A stretch of 64,000 nucleotides of DNA from Candidatus Enterousia sp. (GTDB taxonomy: Bacteria > Pseudomonadota > Alphaproteobacteria > Rs-D84). The notes beneath the pieces were generated by a model. The model had not been told where the DNA came from and ran no database searches. It saw only the letters and a list, made by a program, of their open reading frames with translations. Of the stretch, positions 27,432-36,861 are shown one piece after another (positions within the stretch are counted from its first letter, which is position 1; each line of letters starts with the position of its first letter). Location of the stretch: NCBI GenBank assembly GCA_045613445.1, contig JAZLAZ010000020.1, forward strand, positions 74,433-138,432, written 5' to 3'. A program made the position numbers and the translations under genes.

Positions 27432-27929
27432 ATGAAATTATTAAACAAGCTGCTGATAATAATTTGTATATTTATAGCTACTCCGTCGATTGCGACGGAA
27501 ATGTGTGCACGAAATGATACGGTTGTAATACCATTGGATTCTAATGTAAATGGCACATCCAATGGTAATAACGCCGCCGAAGCAACATGGTGGGCGATAT
27601 TTAATTATGGGAGTATATATGGATTGTCAACATGTCTGTCTGCCGCCGAAGGTGGTAACCCCAGCGGTTCAATAGGTGTTTATACCAATGACAAGGGACA
27701 AATGTTGCCCCAAGACGAAGCGTTGGCGGGCCGTTCGGGTAAAGATGCCGATGGTAATGACCGGGGCTATTGCTGGTGTAAAATGACACACCCTGCGTCT
27801 TCGCGTTGGGTGTTCGACTTCTTGTTTTCCGCTTCGAATTGCGCTTCCAGTTGTGGTCACTACTGCGGTAGCCACACCGGGAACAATGCCGCTTTTCGGT
27901 CTGGGTTGTTCGGGTCGGTCGGCAAATGA
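27432..27929 (+). CDS. secreted 7-Cys protein, CWCKM family paralog 2
   Basis: Signal peptide; NVNGTS; YCWCKMTHPASSRWVF; CASSCGHYC. RBS AAGGGG. Confidence 0.65.
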   Translation: MKLLNKLLIIICIFIATPSIATEMCARNDTVVIPLDSNVNGTSNGNNAAEATWWAIFNYGSIYGLSTCLSAAEGGNPSGSIGVYTNDKGQMLPQDEALAGRSGKDADGNDRGYCWCKMTHPASSRWVFDFLFSASNCASSCGHYCGSHTGNNAAFRSGLFGSVGK

Positions 27930-28033
27930 TGTGTCGGAAAAGGGGCCCATGGCAAAAACGAAGTTTTTGTTTTTTTACCACCTTTTGTCATTGTGGTGTT
28001 TCCTCTCCCGTTATTCCCGCGTTTTTTTTCATC

Positions 28034-28118
28034 GTCATACCCGCGCAGGCGGGAATCTATTGTGCCCTGCATTTTTATTCGGCACTTTACAATGGATACC
28101 CAGCTTCGTGGGTATGAC
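28034..28118. repeat. composite REP-like element (two inverted units around a central hairpin)
   Basis: GTCATACCCGCGCAGGCGGGAATC ... GGATACCCAGCTTCGTGGGTATGAC. The termini GTCATACCC/GGGTATGAC are perfect inverted repeats. Confidence 0.7.
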
Positions 28119-28172
28119 TGGTATGGGGCGCGGGTTGTTTTTTTGTGTTTTTTTTCTATATATATGATACAT

Positions 28173-28201
28173 TTGCGAAACATTGAAAAATATGTTATAA
28201 T
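28173..28201 (+). promoter_or_regulatory. sigma70 promoter for clpP-clpX
   Basis: TTGCGA, 17 nt spacer, TATAAT. Confidence 0.5.
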
Positions 28202-28229
28202 TTTGCAGAAAAATAAGAGGTTTTATATT

Positions 28230-28811
28230 ATGGCACTGATACCAATGGTTATCGAAGAATCACCACGCGGGGAACGATCTTTTGATATTTATTCGCGTTT
28301 GCTGCGTGACCGTATCATTATGGTAAATGGTCCAATCGAAACAACAATGGCAAACAGTATTGTCGCACAATTGTTGTTCTTGGAATCTGAAAACCCAAAT
28401 GCTGATATTTCTATGTATATCAATACCCCTGGGGGCGAAGTGACCGCTGGGTGGGCAATTATGGATACAATGCAGTATATCAAAGCGCCTGTGTCAACAA
28501 TTGGTATGGGGTTGGTTGCGTCGATGGGGTCTGTATTGTTGGCCGCTGGGGAAAAAGGTAAACGCTTTGTCTTGCCGAATACACAGGTTATGATTCATCA
28601 ACCGCTGGCTGGCGCCCAAGGACAAATTACAGATATGGAAATCCAATTGAATCAGTTTATGAAAAATAAAAAGGTTTTAATCAAACAAATGGCTGAATTT
28701 ACTGGTCGTTCCGAAAAAGAATTGTTTAATGCAATGGAACGTGATAATTGGATGAACCCAACAGAAGCCAAAGAATTTGGACTGATTGACGGTATCTTGG
28801 AACGAAAATAA
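28230..28811 (+). CDS. clpP: ATP-dependent Clp protease proteolytic subunit
   Basis: [30 protein letters not shown]...; GLVASMGS (Ser) and MIHQP (His). The ORF-track extension to 27993 reads through the REP element. Confidence 0.92.
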   Translation: MALIPMVIEESPRGERSFDIYSRLLRDRIIMVNGPIETTMANSIVAQLLFLESENPNADISMYINTPGGEVTAGWAIMDTMQYIKAPVSTIGMGLVASMGSVLLAAGEKGKRFVLPNTQVMIHQPLAGAQGQITDMEIQLNQFMKNKKVLIKQMAEFTGRSEKELFNAMERDNWMNPTEAKEFGLIDGILERK

Positions 28812-28837
28812 TTTTGTAATTCAGGGAATATATTCAA

Positions 28838-30094
28838 ATGACGGATAATAAAACACCAAATACAGAAAATACTCAGTTTTGTAGTTTTTGTGGCAAGGCT
28901 GTGTATGAAGTAAAAAAATTGGTCAGTGGACGAAATGTATGCATTTGCGATGAATGTATCAATCTGTGTAATGATATTATGGCAGACGATAATCGACGCG
29001 AAATCAGCAAAGATACAGAAAAATTGCCAACGCCATCGCAAATTTGTGCGTTTTTGGATGAATATATTATCGGTCAAGATGCGGCAAAGCGTACACTGTC
29101 CGTTGCTGTATATAACCATTTTAAACGACATAATGTCACTGTGACTTCAAATGTGGAAATTCAAAAATCTAATGTTTTGTTGATTGGTTCAACAGGTACT
29201 GGTAAAACACTGATTGCACAAACATTGGCACGAATTTTGGATGTGCCGTTCGCAATCGCAGATGCAACAACATTGACCGAAGCAGGGTATGTCGGTGATG
29301 ATGTGGAAAGTGTTTTAACTCGTTTGTTGCAAAATGCAAATTTTGATGTGGAACGCGCCAGTCGTGGTATCATCTATATTGACGAAATTGATAAAATATC
29401 ACGCAAATCTGAAAATCCATCGTTGACGCGCGATGTGTCTGGTGAAGGTGTACAACAGGCATTGCTGAAACTTATCGAAGGTACTGTTGCAAATGTGCCA
29501 GCCGGTGGTGCAGGACGCAAACATCCGGGTGAGGCAACTGTGCAATTGGATACCAGTAAGATTTTGTTCATTTGTGGCGGTGCGTTCGATGGACTGAATA
29601 AAATTATTGGAAATCGTACTTGTGAAAGACGTGGTATCGGTTTCGGGGCGCATGTTGAATCAAAACAAGAACGCGAATCAAAGAATTTCTTGCAAGATGT
29701 TGAACCAGAAGATTTGGTTAAGTTTGGTATTATCCCAGAATTGATTGGACGATTGCCTGTCATTACAACACTGCAAGAATTAGATGAAGATGCATTGGTT
29801 AAAATTTTGACAGAACCAAAAAATGCAGTTGTAAAGCAGTTTACTGCTATGCTGGCGATGGATGATGTTAAATTGACTTTTACAGAAGATGGATTGCGCG
29901 AAATTGCAAAAATGGCTGTGGCACGAAAAACGGGTGCGCGTGGATTGCGCAGTATTCTGGAACGTGTTTTAATGCAGCCGATGTTCGATGCACCTGATAA
30001 AGAAGATTTGGTGGAAATTGTTATCGATGCAGATGTTGTCAAAGGTAACAAGGCGCCAATAGAAGTCATGAAAGATGCAAAAAAAGCAGCCTAA
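28838..30094 (+). CDS. clpX: ATP-dependent Clp protease ATP-binding subunit ClpX
   Basis: Zn-finger CSFCGK...CICDEC; Walker A GSTGTGKT. Confidence 0.95.
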   Translation: MTDNKTPNTENTQFCSFCGKAVYEVKKLVSGRNVCICDECINLCNDIMADDNRREISKDTEKLPTPSQICAFLDEYIIGQDAAKRTLSVAVYNHFKRHNVTVTSNVEIQKSNVLLIGSTGTGKTLIAQTLARILDVPFAIADATTLTEAGYVGDDVESVLTRLLQNANFDVERASRGIIYIDEIDKISRKSENPSLTRDVSGEGVQQALLKLIEGTVANVPAGGAGRKHPGEATVQLDTSKILFICGGAFDGLNKIIGNRTCERRGIGFGAHVESKQERESKNFLQDVEPEDLVKFGIIPELIGRLPVITTLQELDEDALVKILTEPKNAVVKQFTAMLAMDDVKLTFTEDGLREIAKMAVARKTGARGLRSILERVLMQPMFDAPDKEDLVEIVIDADVVKGNKAPIEVMKDAKKAA

Positions 30095-30096
30095 AT

Positions 30097-30125
30097 AAAA
30101 AAATCCCGTTCGCGGGATTTTTATT
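30097..30125. terminator. bidirectional terminator between clpX and the GNAT gene
   Basis: aaaaaAATCCCGttcgCGGGATTtttt. Confidence 0.75.
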
Positions 30126-30834
30126 TTGTATGTGATTGGTATGCGTTGATTGCTTTTTCAAGACAATGCCTTGCCCAGTTGCTGGTTGTGTGTATTTCAG
30201 TGGTTTGACCACAAATGCCAAAGCCTGTAATCTTGGAATCTATATCCCGATATATAAATATGGGTGTATGTGTGTGACGTAATTGTGCGCGATTGAATGA
30301 TTGTTTTGGCTTGCCAGATATTTGGGCGAATTTATTTAGAATTGTGGGCATGTAACGAAATACAGGCGATACATTGCAATGGCCACTGTTCTTTACAGAC
30401 TTATTATAGTGGTTCGTTTTGGTTGCAGATGTATATCCGTGTTTTTCATAAAATTTGTCTGAAGATCCCATGGCGATCAAGTCTGTCGTGTGCGCGTCAA
30501 CAGATATTGCTGATTCTGCCGCGTTTAACAGGCGTTTACCAATGCGTTGACCTTGGTATGGGGGCAGAATATATAAATGTTCTATTTTTGCGACTTTGGA
30601 ATCGTATGTGCCACTGATAAAACCAATCATTTCGTAATTGTCATATGCGGCAAATGCAAAATTTTGTGATTTTTGCCAGTTTTCTTTGAACTCTATCATT
30701 GTGTCATTGAAATCTTTTTGGGATGTGTCAATGTTATATGTCTGCTTTCTGGTTATTGTACGAATGCGTAAAAAATCATCCCAAATCCTTGGGGCAGACT
30801 GATCAAATATTGGAAATATTTTTATCTGTTTCAT
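30121..30834 (-). CDS. GNAT-family N-acetyltransferase with C-terminal extension
   Basis: Acetyl-CoA motif YILPPYQGQRIGKRLL. ATG 30834 preferred over TTG 30870. Confidence 0.6.
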   Translation of the reverse strand: MKQIKIFPIFDQSAPRIWDDFLRIRTITRKQTYNIDTSQKDFNDTMIEFKENWQKSQNFAFAAYDNYEMIGFISGTYDSKVAKIEHLYILPPYQGQRIGKRLLNAAESAISVDAHTTDLIAMGSSDKFYEKHGYTSATKTNHYNKSVKNSGHCNVSPVFRYMPTILNKFAQISGKPKQSFNRAQLRHTHTPIFIYRDIDSKITGFGICGQTTEIHTTSNWARHCLEKAINAYQSHTK

Positions 30835-30866
30835 ACTATATATAATAGTACAAAAGTATCTGTTTG

Positions 30867-31598
30867 TCAATATGTATTAAAGTTTATTTTTATATTTGGA
30901 AAATTGCTGTGTGTTGCGTTGGAAATCGTAATCAGGTTTTTGCCCGTGGTCCATTTCTTGGACAATTGATATGGTACAATATCGTCTTGGTCTGCGATAT
31001 AGTGGGTTTGGGGCAGTGTCGGCATGCTGTCCATGTCAATCGATTTTATCAGCGGTTTGTCACCAAAATAATGCGTCCAGTCGTTGTGGTTCAAAACACC
31101 GGCAATTGTAATCCATTTTTGGACATTGATGTCGGTCTCTTGTTTTATTATCAGACCAGATAACAACGCGCCACCAGAATAGCCAATCAATATAACAGGT
31201 CGGTTCTGGGAAACGGTTTTGATTGTATGAATCATATTGTCAACTATTTTTTGTGAAAAACGCCCATCTGTCCAATCTGATTGTGTGCAATTTTCAGACA
31301 TATTATATTGGCATGGACGCGCAATATATGCAACATTTGGGTGTAAATCCTGTGCAGCCAGTTCGCGCATAAATGTTCCGCGTGGTGTCGGATTGTGCGT
31401 CGGAATCCCACGCGAGTTAAATGCATAACCATCACCTTCAATATATATGTGTATGGGCAGTGCGGTAGATGTTATCTTTTGATATGTTCGAATAGTAAAG
31501 TCTTGGGCGTGTATGTCATGCTGAATAAATGAATCAGGTGCAATCCATGTGGATGCGCAGCCGTATAATAATAAAAGCAATCCAAAATGCCGTTTCAT
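30867..31598 (-). CDS. alpha/beta-hydrolase lipoprotein (VirJ/AcvB-like by motif)
   Basis: Lipobox LLYGC; nucleophile elbow LIGYSGGA. Confidence 0.55.
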   Translation of the reverse strand: MKRHFGLLLLLYGCASTWIAPDSFIQHDIHAQDFTIRTYQKITSTALPIHIYIEGDGYAFNSRGIPTHNPTPRGTFMRELAAQDLHPNVAYIARPCQYNMSENCTQSDWTDGRFSQKIVDNMIHTIKTVSQNRPVILIGYSGGALLSGLIIKQETDINVQKWITIAGVLNHNDWTHYFGDKPLIKSIDMDSMPTLPQTHYIADQDDIVPYQLSKKWTTGKNLITISNATHSNFPNIKINFNTY

Positions 31599-31723
31599 TT
31601 GTGTTCAGAATAGATAAATTTTATAAAAAAATCAAAATAATAATATTTTTTGACAAATAACTTGACAAATAATTGTTTTGGGCTATATTAGTAGCAAATG
31701 AATTTAACCAAAAGGTGTATAGC

Positions 31724-32455
31724 ATGCCAAGTAAAAAGAAAGTAAAAGCCGCTGCACGTCGTGTAAAAAATACTCGCAAAGCTGCCGTGGCAAAGAAAGT
31801 AAAAAAACAGAATTCTGTTTGGAAACGAATTTGTAATATCGTTTGTTGGCCATTTCGCCAGATTGCAAAATTGTGTCGCTGGGGCTGGAATTGGCTGTGT
31901 GAAATAAATGTTATTGGCTTGGTAAATGTTGCCTTATTGGTGTCTATTATCGTTTTATTTTCAATGCTGATATTGGATGTTACAAAATGTAATAAAGCGC
32001 CTGTGGTAATTGTTGCAGAACCCGTGCCTGTTACAAAGCCTGTGACAGAACGTAATGTGGTGGCGCGCAAAATGCCGGCTTTGCCAGTGGTAAATAAACA
32101 AAATGCACAGCCAGTAAATGTTGTGCCGGTTAAAAAAGCAGAAGTTGAAATCGCAAAAAGACAAATCGCAAAGCAAAATAAAAAATTCTTGGGCGATGTT
32201 GTTATCGACAGTCGGGGCGCAGGTGCATTATTGCAAAATCAAGTGCAAATCAATGGTAATTTGTATTTGCAAAATATGCATAAGTATACTTTGCCATGTG
32301 GTGTAAAAATCAATGGTAATTTATTCTTGCGTGATATCGGTTTGCTGCAGTTCTGTGGTGATTTCGTTGTCACGGGAAATATATATGTTAGCCCACGTTC
32401 TTCGTTTGGTCCAATACCAAAGACCGCGCGTGTCGGCGGATATGTAGTGTTGTAA
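31724..32455 (+). CDS. hypothetical membrane-anchored protein, Lys-rich N-terminus
   Basis: MPSKKKVKAAARR...; one TM. The C-terminus has short repeats INGNL(Y/F)L(Q/R), which may be beta-helix-like. Confidence 0.45.
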   Translation: MPSKKKVKAAARRVKNTRKAAVAKKVKKQNSVWKRICNIVCWPFRQIAKLCRWGWNWLCEINVIGLVNVALLVSIIVLFSMLILDVTKCNKAPVVIVAEPVPVTKPVTERNVVARKMPALPVVNKQNAQPVNVVPVKKAEVEIAKRQIAKQNKKFLGDVVIDSRGAGALLQNQVQINGNLYLQNMHKYTLPCGVKINGNLFLRDIGLLQFCGDFVVTGNIYVSPRSSFGPIPKTARVGGYVVL

Positions 32456-32580
32456 TATAAAAATTTTCATGTTTTCTCCCTTGAAAAAAATGTCGCCTGT
32501 ATATGGCGATATTTTTTTTGTTGGAATAATTATTTTTCTTTGTTTATAATATGTTATATACCAATAAAAAGGATGGAAAA

Positions 32581-32823
32581 ATGTTCGAAAAATTATTGAC
32601 AGTTTTATCAAAGAATTTGGGGTATACAGTTGTTTTGGCAGTGGCATTGTTGTTGTTTGCACTGTTTTCAGATGGCTTGGTTGCAGGGTTGATTACAGCT
32701 GTGTCTGCGTTGTTGGTTTATACATGTACAGCAGCATTGTATAAAGAATACAAGGCGATGTCTGTAAAAAAAACAGTTGTATCTAAAAAAGTCACAGTTA
32801 CTAAAAAGAAATCAAAAAAATAA
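32581..32823 (+). CDS. hypothetical small membrane protein with Lys-rich tail (80 aa)
   Basis: RBS AAGGATGG; two hydrophobic segments; terminator follows. Confidence 0.45.
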   Translation: MFEKLLTVLSKNLGYTVVLAVALLLFALFSDGLVAGLITAVSALLVYTCTAALYKEYKAMSVKKTVVSKKVTVTKKKSKK

Positions 32824-32825
32824 AT

Positions 32826-32851
32826 TAAACCCACCATTTGGTGGGTTTTTT
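32826..32851 (+). terminator. intrinsic terminator
   Basis: aAACCCACCatttGGTGGGTTtttt. Confidence 0.75.
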
Positions 32852-32895
32852 GTTGGATTATATTTTTATTTTATCATGGGGCTTTTTGTGGTATA

Positions 32896-33891
32896 ATGCA
32901 TGATATGAGAAAAAGATATTTTTGTGTTTTACCAATTTTAGCTTGTGTTTTGACTGCGCCTGCGTTCGCAGGGTGGCAGTACGATGGAATTTATTTGCGT
33001 GATGGGTGGTATCAAGATGATGGTTCGCGATTTGTTCTGTCGGTACGCGGTGGTGCTTCTTTTGCAATGGGAACGATTGAAAACAATGCCGGGGCAATTG
33101 TAACAGAATATTATCTTAGTCCGGATAAATCAGAAATCGCAACCAAGGGATATTATGAAGGTGTCTTGGGATCTCCGACGGGGTGGTTCTATGCCGGTTA
33201 TAGCGAGGTTGCTGATATCCCACCAAGTAAGGATTTTGAAAGTTTTTCGTTCGCAGCAGGTGCCAGTGTTGGTTGGACAATTCCAAATACGCCACAGTGG
33301 CGAATCGAGGCGGGTTGGGATCATATAGTAAAAAGTGATTATAATGCATCGCCTATGTTTGCAGGTGATGTTACACTGAAAGACGCAGAACCAGGTGCAG
33401 AAGGTATTATTTTGCCAATGAAAAGTGCATCAGTGAATTCTGATGTTACTACTGATGTTATCAGTATTATGGCTTTCTATGATTTTTATGAGGGGCTGTA
33501 TAAGCCAATGCGTACCGCAATCCCATATGTTGGCTTGGGGATTGGATATGCAGACAGCAAAACTGTATTGAATTTGTCTGACCCATATGGCGATATCGCG
33601 TATCAATTGGATTTGACACAATACGGAGAAGTCGTAAATGTCGGTGGTAATGATATGATTGAATTTTATAAGTCTGAACGACATACATCTAATTTTGCGG
33701 GATTGGTTGCAGCAGGTATGTCGTATGGTATCAATGAACAGATGTTCTTGGACTTTGGTGCGCGTGTCATGTATGTGCCGCGTATAAAGTGGGGACTGAC
33801 AAATGTTGATGATACACGGCATCGCGAATTTTTTAGTGCAAAAAATATGATTTATGCAAATGTTATGTTGGGATTGAGATTTGAGTTCTAA
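32896..33891 (+). CDS. outer-membrane beta-barrel protein
   Basis: Signal peptide ...TAPAFA; C-terminal ...LGLRFEF. Confidence 0.65.
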   Translation: MHDMRKRYFCVLPILACVLTAPAFAGWQYDGIYLRDGWYQDDGSRFVLSVRGGASFAMGTIENNAGAIVTEYYLSPDKSEIATKGYYEGVLGSPTGWFYAGYSEVADIPPSKDFESFSFAAGASVGWTIPNTPQWRIEAGWDHIVKSDYNASPMFAGDVTLKDAEPGAEGIILPMKSASVNSDVTTDVISIMAFYDFYEGLYKPMRTAIPYVGLGIGYADSKTVLNLSDPYGDIAYQLDLTQYGEVVNVGGNDMIEFYKSERHTSNFAGLVAAGMSYGINEQMFLDFGARVMYVPRIKWGLTNVDDTRHREFFSAKNMIYANVMLGLRFEF

Positions 33892-33917
33892 AAAAGCCGT
33901 CAAATGACGGCTTTTTT
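33891..33917. terminator. bidirectional terminator between convergent OMP genes
   Basis: aaaaAGCCGTCAaaTGACGGCTtttt. Confidence 0.75.
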
Positions 33918-33918
33918 G

Positions 33919-34539
33919 TCAGAATATCTCGTCAAGACTGAATTTATATGCCGCACCAAAATATAGCTCTGTTGCAGATGCGGTTGTTGTTGCGAATTCG
34001 TTGCCATGTAATTTATGTTCTATTTCGCCATAGTACTGATATTTTACACCCAGATTTAAATCAATGCGGCTGTTTAATGCAAAGTTTACACCCAACATTA
34101 TTTGGTATGACAGATCAAATGTTGAATCTGACAGGGTTGCATATGTTGTATTTATATCACCCCATATGCTAGCAAAACCAATGCCCAGACCTGCGTATGG
34201 TGCGATTGCATCTGAAAATTCGTGGAACAAGTACATATTAAACATGTTTGACCAAATGTCATATTCAAAATTGTTGGTATCATATTTGCGTTCTGTGCCT
34301 GTGTATGATGATTCAAATTCTATTGTTACATGTTCACTTAAACGATTGCCGATGACCGCGCCAAATCCAAAATTATCACGCCGAACAGTTGTATCAGATG
34401 CGCCATGTATATCGTATTCAAATGTAATATTTTCATTTTTGTGAATGCGCAGACCCGCATATGTTTCGTGTCTGTCGCTGTGTGAAAATGCAGGTGTTGA
34501 CAATGTTATCAATGCGAATAAGTATATCAGTTTTTTCAT
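33919..34539 (-). CDS. small outer-membrane beta-barrel protein
   Basis: Signal peptide MKKLIYLFALITLSTPAFS at ATG 34539; ends ...SLDEIF. Confidence 0.65.
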   Translation of the reverse strand: MKKLIYLFALITLSTPAFSHSDRHETYAGLRIHKNENITFEYDIHGASDTTVRRDNFGFGAVIGNRLSEHVTIEFESSYTGTERKYDTNNFEYDIWSNMFNMYLFHEFSDAIAPYAGLGIGFASIWGDINTTYATLSDSTFDLSYQIMLGVNFALNSRIDLNLGVKYQYYGEIEHKLHGNEFATTTASATELYFGAAYKFSLDEIF

Positions 34540-34634
34540 GATTATTTTCCTTGTTTCCTTTTGAGTATATATGATTATAAATTGTACTAAAAAAGGCAAG
34601 GTGTTTATGATAAAATGTCCATACAGGGGCATAA

Positions 34635-36416
34635 ATGCAGAACAAAAGTCGCAAAGTATCAGAAGAAAAAAATGTAAAACGGTCATGGAAATGGCGATTG
34701 TTTGTATACCTGTTTAATGCAATTTTGTTATGTGGTGTTGCGATTGCAGGTTATGTTGCTGTTATATATTTGCGTATGCCATCACTGGATGCAATTTTGC
34801 ATGAAACCAGGGCTGCAGCAGTGGTTTTTTTGGATAAAGACGGGAATGAAATCCGCAGTGCAAATCGTATAATGGGAACGCCTGTGTCTGTGGAAACTTT
34901 GCCACCGCATGTATGGCAAGCAATTGTTGCAATAGAAGATAAAAGATTTTTTAAGCATGGACCAATTGATTTGCGTGGTATAACACGTGCAGTGTTTTCA
35001 AATTTGGCATCTGGTCGTATTGCTGCAGGGGGATCGACGATAACACAACAGACCGCAAAAAATATATTCTTGTCGCGTGAAAAAAAGATTTCCAGAAAGG
35101 TTCAAGAAGTTATTTTGTCTTATTGGTTAGAAAACAGATTTACGAAAAATCAGGTCTTGGATTTATATATGAATCGTGTGTCGTTGGTTGGTGGTATGCG
35201 TGGAATCGATGCGACAGCACGTGTGATGTTTCAAGTGCCGGCCAGTAAACTATCAATCGGGCAGGCTGCACAAATCGCAGCAATGTTAAAGGCGCCAACA
35301 ACATACAGTCCATTGCGTAACCCGAATAAGAATATTGAACGGGCACGTGTTGTGCTGACTGAAATGGTACGTCAGGGGTATATTGATATAAATCAGGCGC
35401 GTATTGCGGCACAAAGTTTAGGACCAGCATTACCAGCCAGTGATACAAATCAGTACAGATATTGGACTGATTTTGTTATGGATGAATTGCAATCTAGAAT
35501 TGGTGAATTTGATTCTGATATGTATGTGTATACTACAATGGATATGAGTTTACAGGATGGTGTTGCCGCAATATTGTCAAATAAAACAAGGGAGTATCAG
35601 GGTGCAGTTGTGGCAATGGAAACAGATGGCGCATTGCGTGCGATGAGTGGTGGAACTGATTATCAGTCCAGTCAGTTTAATCGTGCAACAGCCCCGCGTC
35701 AACCCGGCAGCAGTTTTAAGCCTGTTGTTTATCTGGTTGCGTTGGAAAATGGGCTGAAACCTGATTCTTATGTAAATGATTCGCCGTTTGCGGTTGGTGA
35801 TTATAATCCAAAGAATTATAATGAAAAATATTATGGTGATATTACATTGTCGACTGCGTTTGCAAAAAGTGTAAATTCTGTGCCACTGAAATTGACCAAA
35901 GAATATGGAATTGATTCTGTATTAAACATGGCGGGGCGTTTGGGGGTTGGGACAAAACTTCGTCGTGAATATTCGACCGTATTGGGTGCGTCGGAAATGA
36001 GTTTGCTGGATTTAACAAATATTTATGCTGTTATTTGGAATAACGGATTTTCTGTGCGTCCGTATTCCATAACTAAGGTAACAGACAGTTTTGGAAATAT
36101 AATCTATGAGCGGAATCCGTCCGAACCAATTCAGGTTTTACAGCCCCAGACAGTTGAATATATGTCGCATTTGTTGTCGGATGTTGTGGCAGCTGGCGGT
36201 ACAGGTGGTCGTGCCAGAACAACTGGTGTCTTGGGTGGGAAAACAGGAACCAGTAACGGTAATCGTGATGCGTGGTTTGTTGGTGCAACAGACGATATTG
36301 TGATTGGTGTGTGGATGGGTAATGATGACTTTACCCCAATGAATTCTAAAATTACAGGTGGTACCATACCAGCAGAGATATTTAAGGAAATAATTCAAAA
36401 AAATATTGACCAATAA
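34635..36416 (+). CDS. mrcA: class A penicillin-binding protein (glycosyltransferase + transpeptidase), short form
   Basis: GT51 motifs EDKRFFKHGPID, GGSTITQQ, RKVQE; transpeptidase motifs SSFKP and KTGTS. Confidence 0.85.
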   Translation: MQNKSRKVSEEKNVKRSWKWRLFVYLFNAILLCGVAIAGYVAVIYLRMPSLDAILHETRAAAVVFLDKDGNEIRSANRIMGTPVSVETLPPHVWQAIVAIEDKRFFKHGPIDLRGITRAVFSNLASGRIAAGGSTITQQTAKNIFLSREKKISRKVQEVILSYWLENRFTKNQVLDLYMNRVSLVGGMRGIDATARVMFQVPASKLSIGQAAQIAAMLKAPTTYSPLRNPNKNIERARVVLTEMVRQGYIDINQARIAAQSLGPALPASDTNQYRYWTDFVMDELQSRIGEFDSDMYVYTTMDMSLQDGVAAILSNKTREYQGAVVAMETDGALRAMSGGTDYQSSQFNRATAPRQPGSSFKPVVYLVALENGLKPDSYVNDSPFAVGDYNPKNYNEKYYGDITLSTAFAKSVNSVPLKLTKEYGIDSVLNMAGRLGVGTKLRREYSTVLGASEMSLLDLTNIYAVIWNNGFSVRPYSITKVTDSFGNIIYERNPSEPIQVLQPQTVEYMSHLLSDVVAAGGTGGRARTTGVLGGKTGTSNGNRDAWFVGATDDIVIGVWMGNDDFTPMNSKITGGTIPAEIFKEIIQKNIDQ

Positions 36417-36589
36417 AATAATTATGTGTGCAACCCCAAAAGTTACAATAAAACTTTATAACCCAAAGGAGGCACCAGTGAGTTTGTTGTATATGTAATG
36501 TTGTCCGTCAAAATATTTGTGACTATTCGTTCTTTTTGGGGGGCAATATTTTAGAAATTAAAATTGATTTTTAACCAAAAGGATAACTT

Positions 36590-36834
36590 ATGTTACGCAA
36601 AATCATTGGACGGCCAAAGTCTTCCAATAAAAACGAGATAAGCAAGATTTAGCACTGCCTAAATCATTGTGGAAATTTTATTTTAAGTATGCATTACCGA
36701 CAATTTTATTGATTGTTGTCTTGAAAGATGGTCATATCATAGAGCAGGGAACACATGCCAAGCTGTTGCGCAAACGCGGTGAATATGCGCGTTTATGGAA
36801 AATGCAATCTGGCGGATTCTTGCAAGATCAATAA
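36590..36834 (+). pseudogene. remnant of an MsbA-like ABC exporter (N-terminal TM1 fused to extreme C-terminus)
   Basis: ...LPKSLWKFYFKYALPTILLIVV|LKDGHIIEQGTHAKLLRKRGEYARLWKMQSGGF* is read in one frame. The upstream ATG at 36590 is in another frame with a TAG. Confidence 0.6.
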
Positions 36835-36861
36835 AAAATGCCCCATGTGGGGCATTTTTTT
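36834..36861. terminator. bidirectional terminator shared by the ABC remnant and rne
   Basis: aaaaaATGCCCCAtgTGGGGCATtttttt. Confidence 0.75.

Noticed and set aside
27993-28229. N-terminal 79-aa extension of clpP suggested by the ORF track
   Set aside because: The extension reads through the REP-like palindromes (..RRRESIVP.., ..DTQLRGYD..). A sigma70 promoter and the canonical ClpP N-terminus start at 28230.
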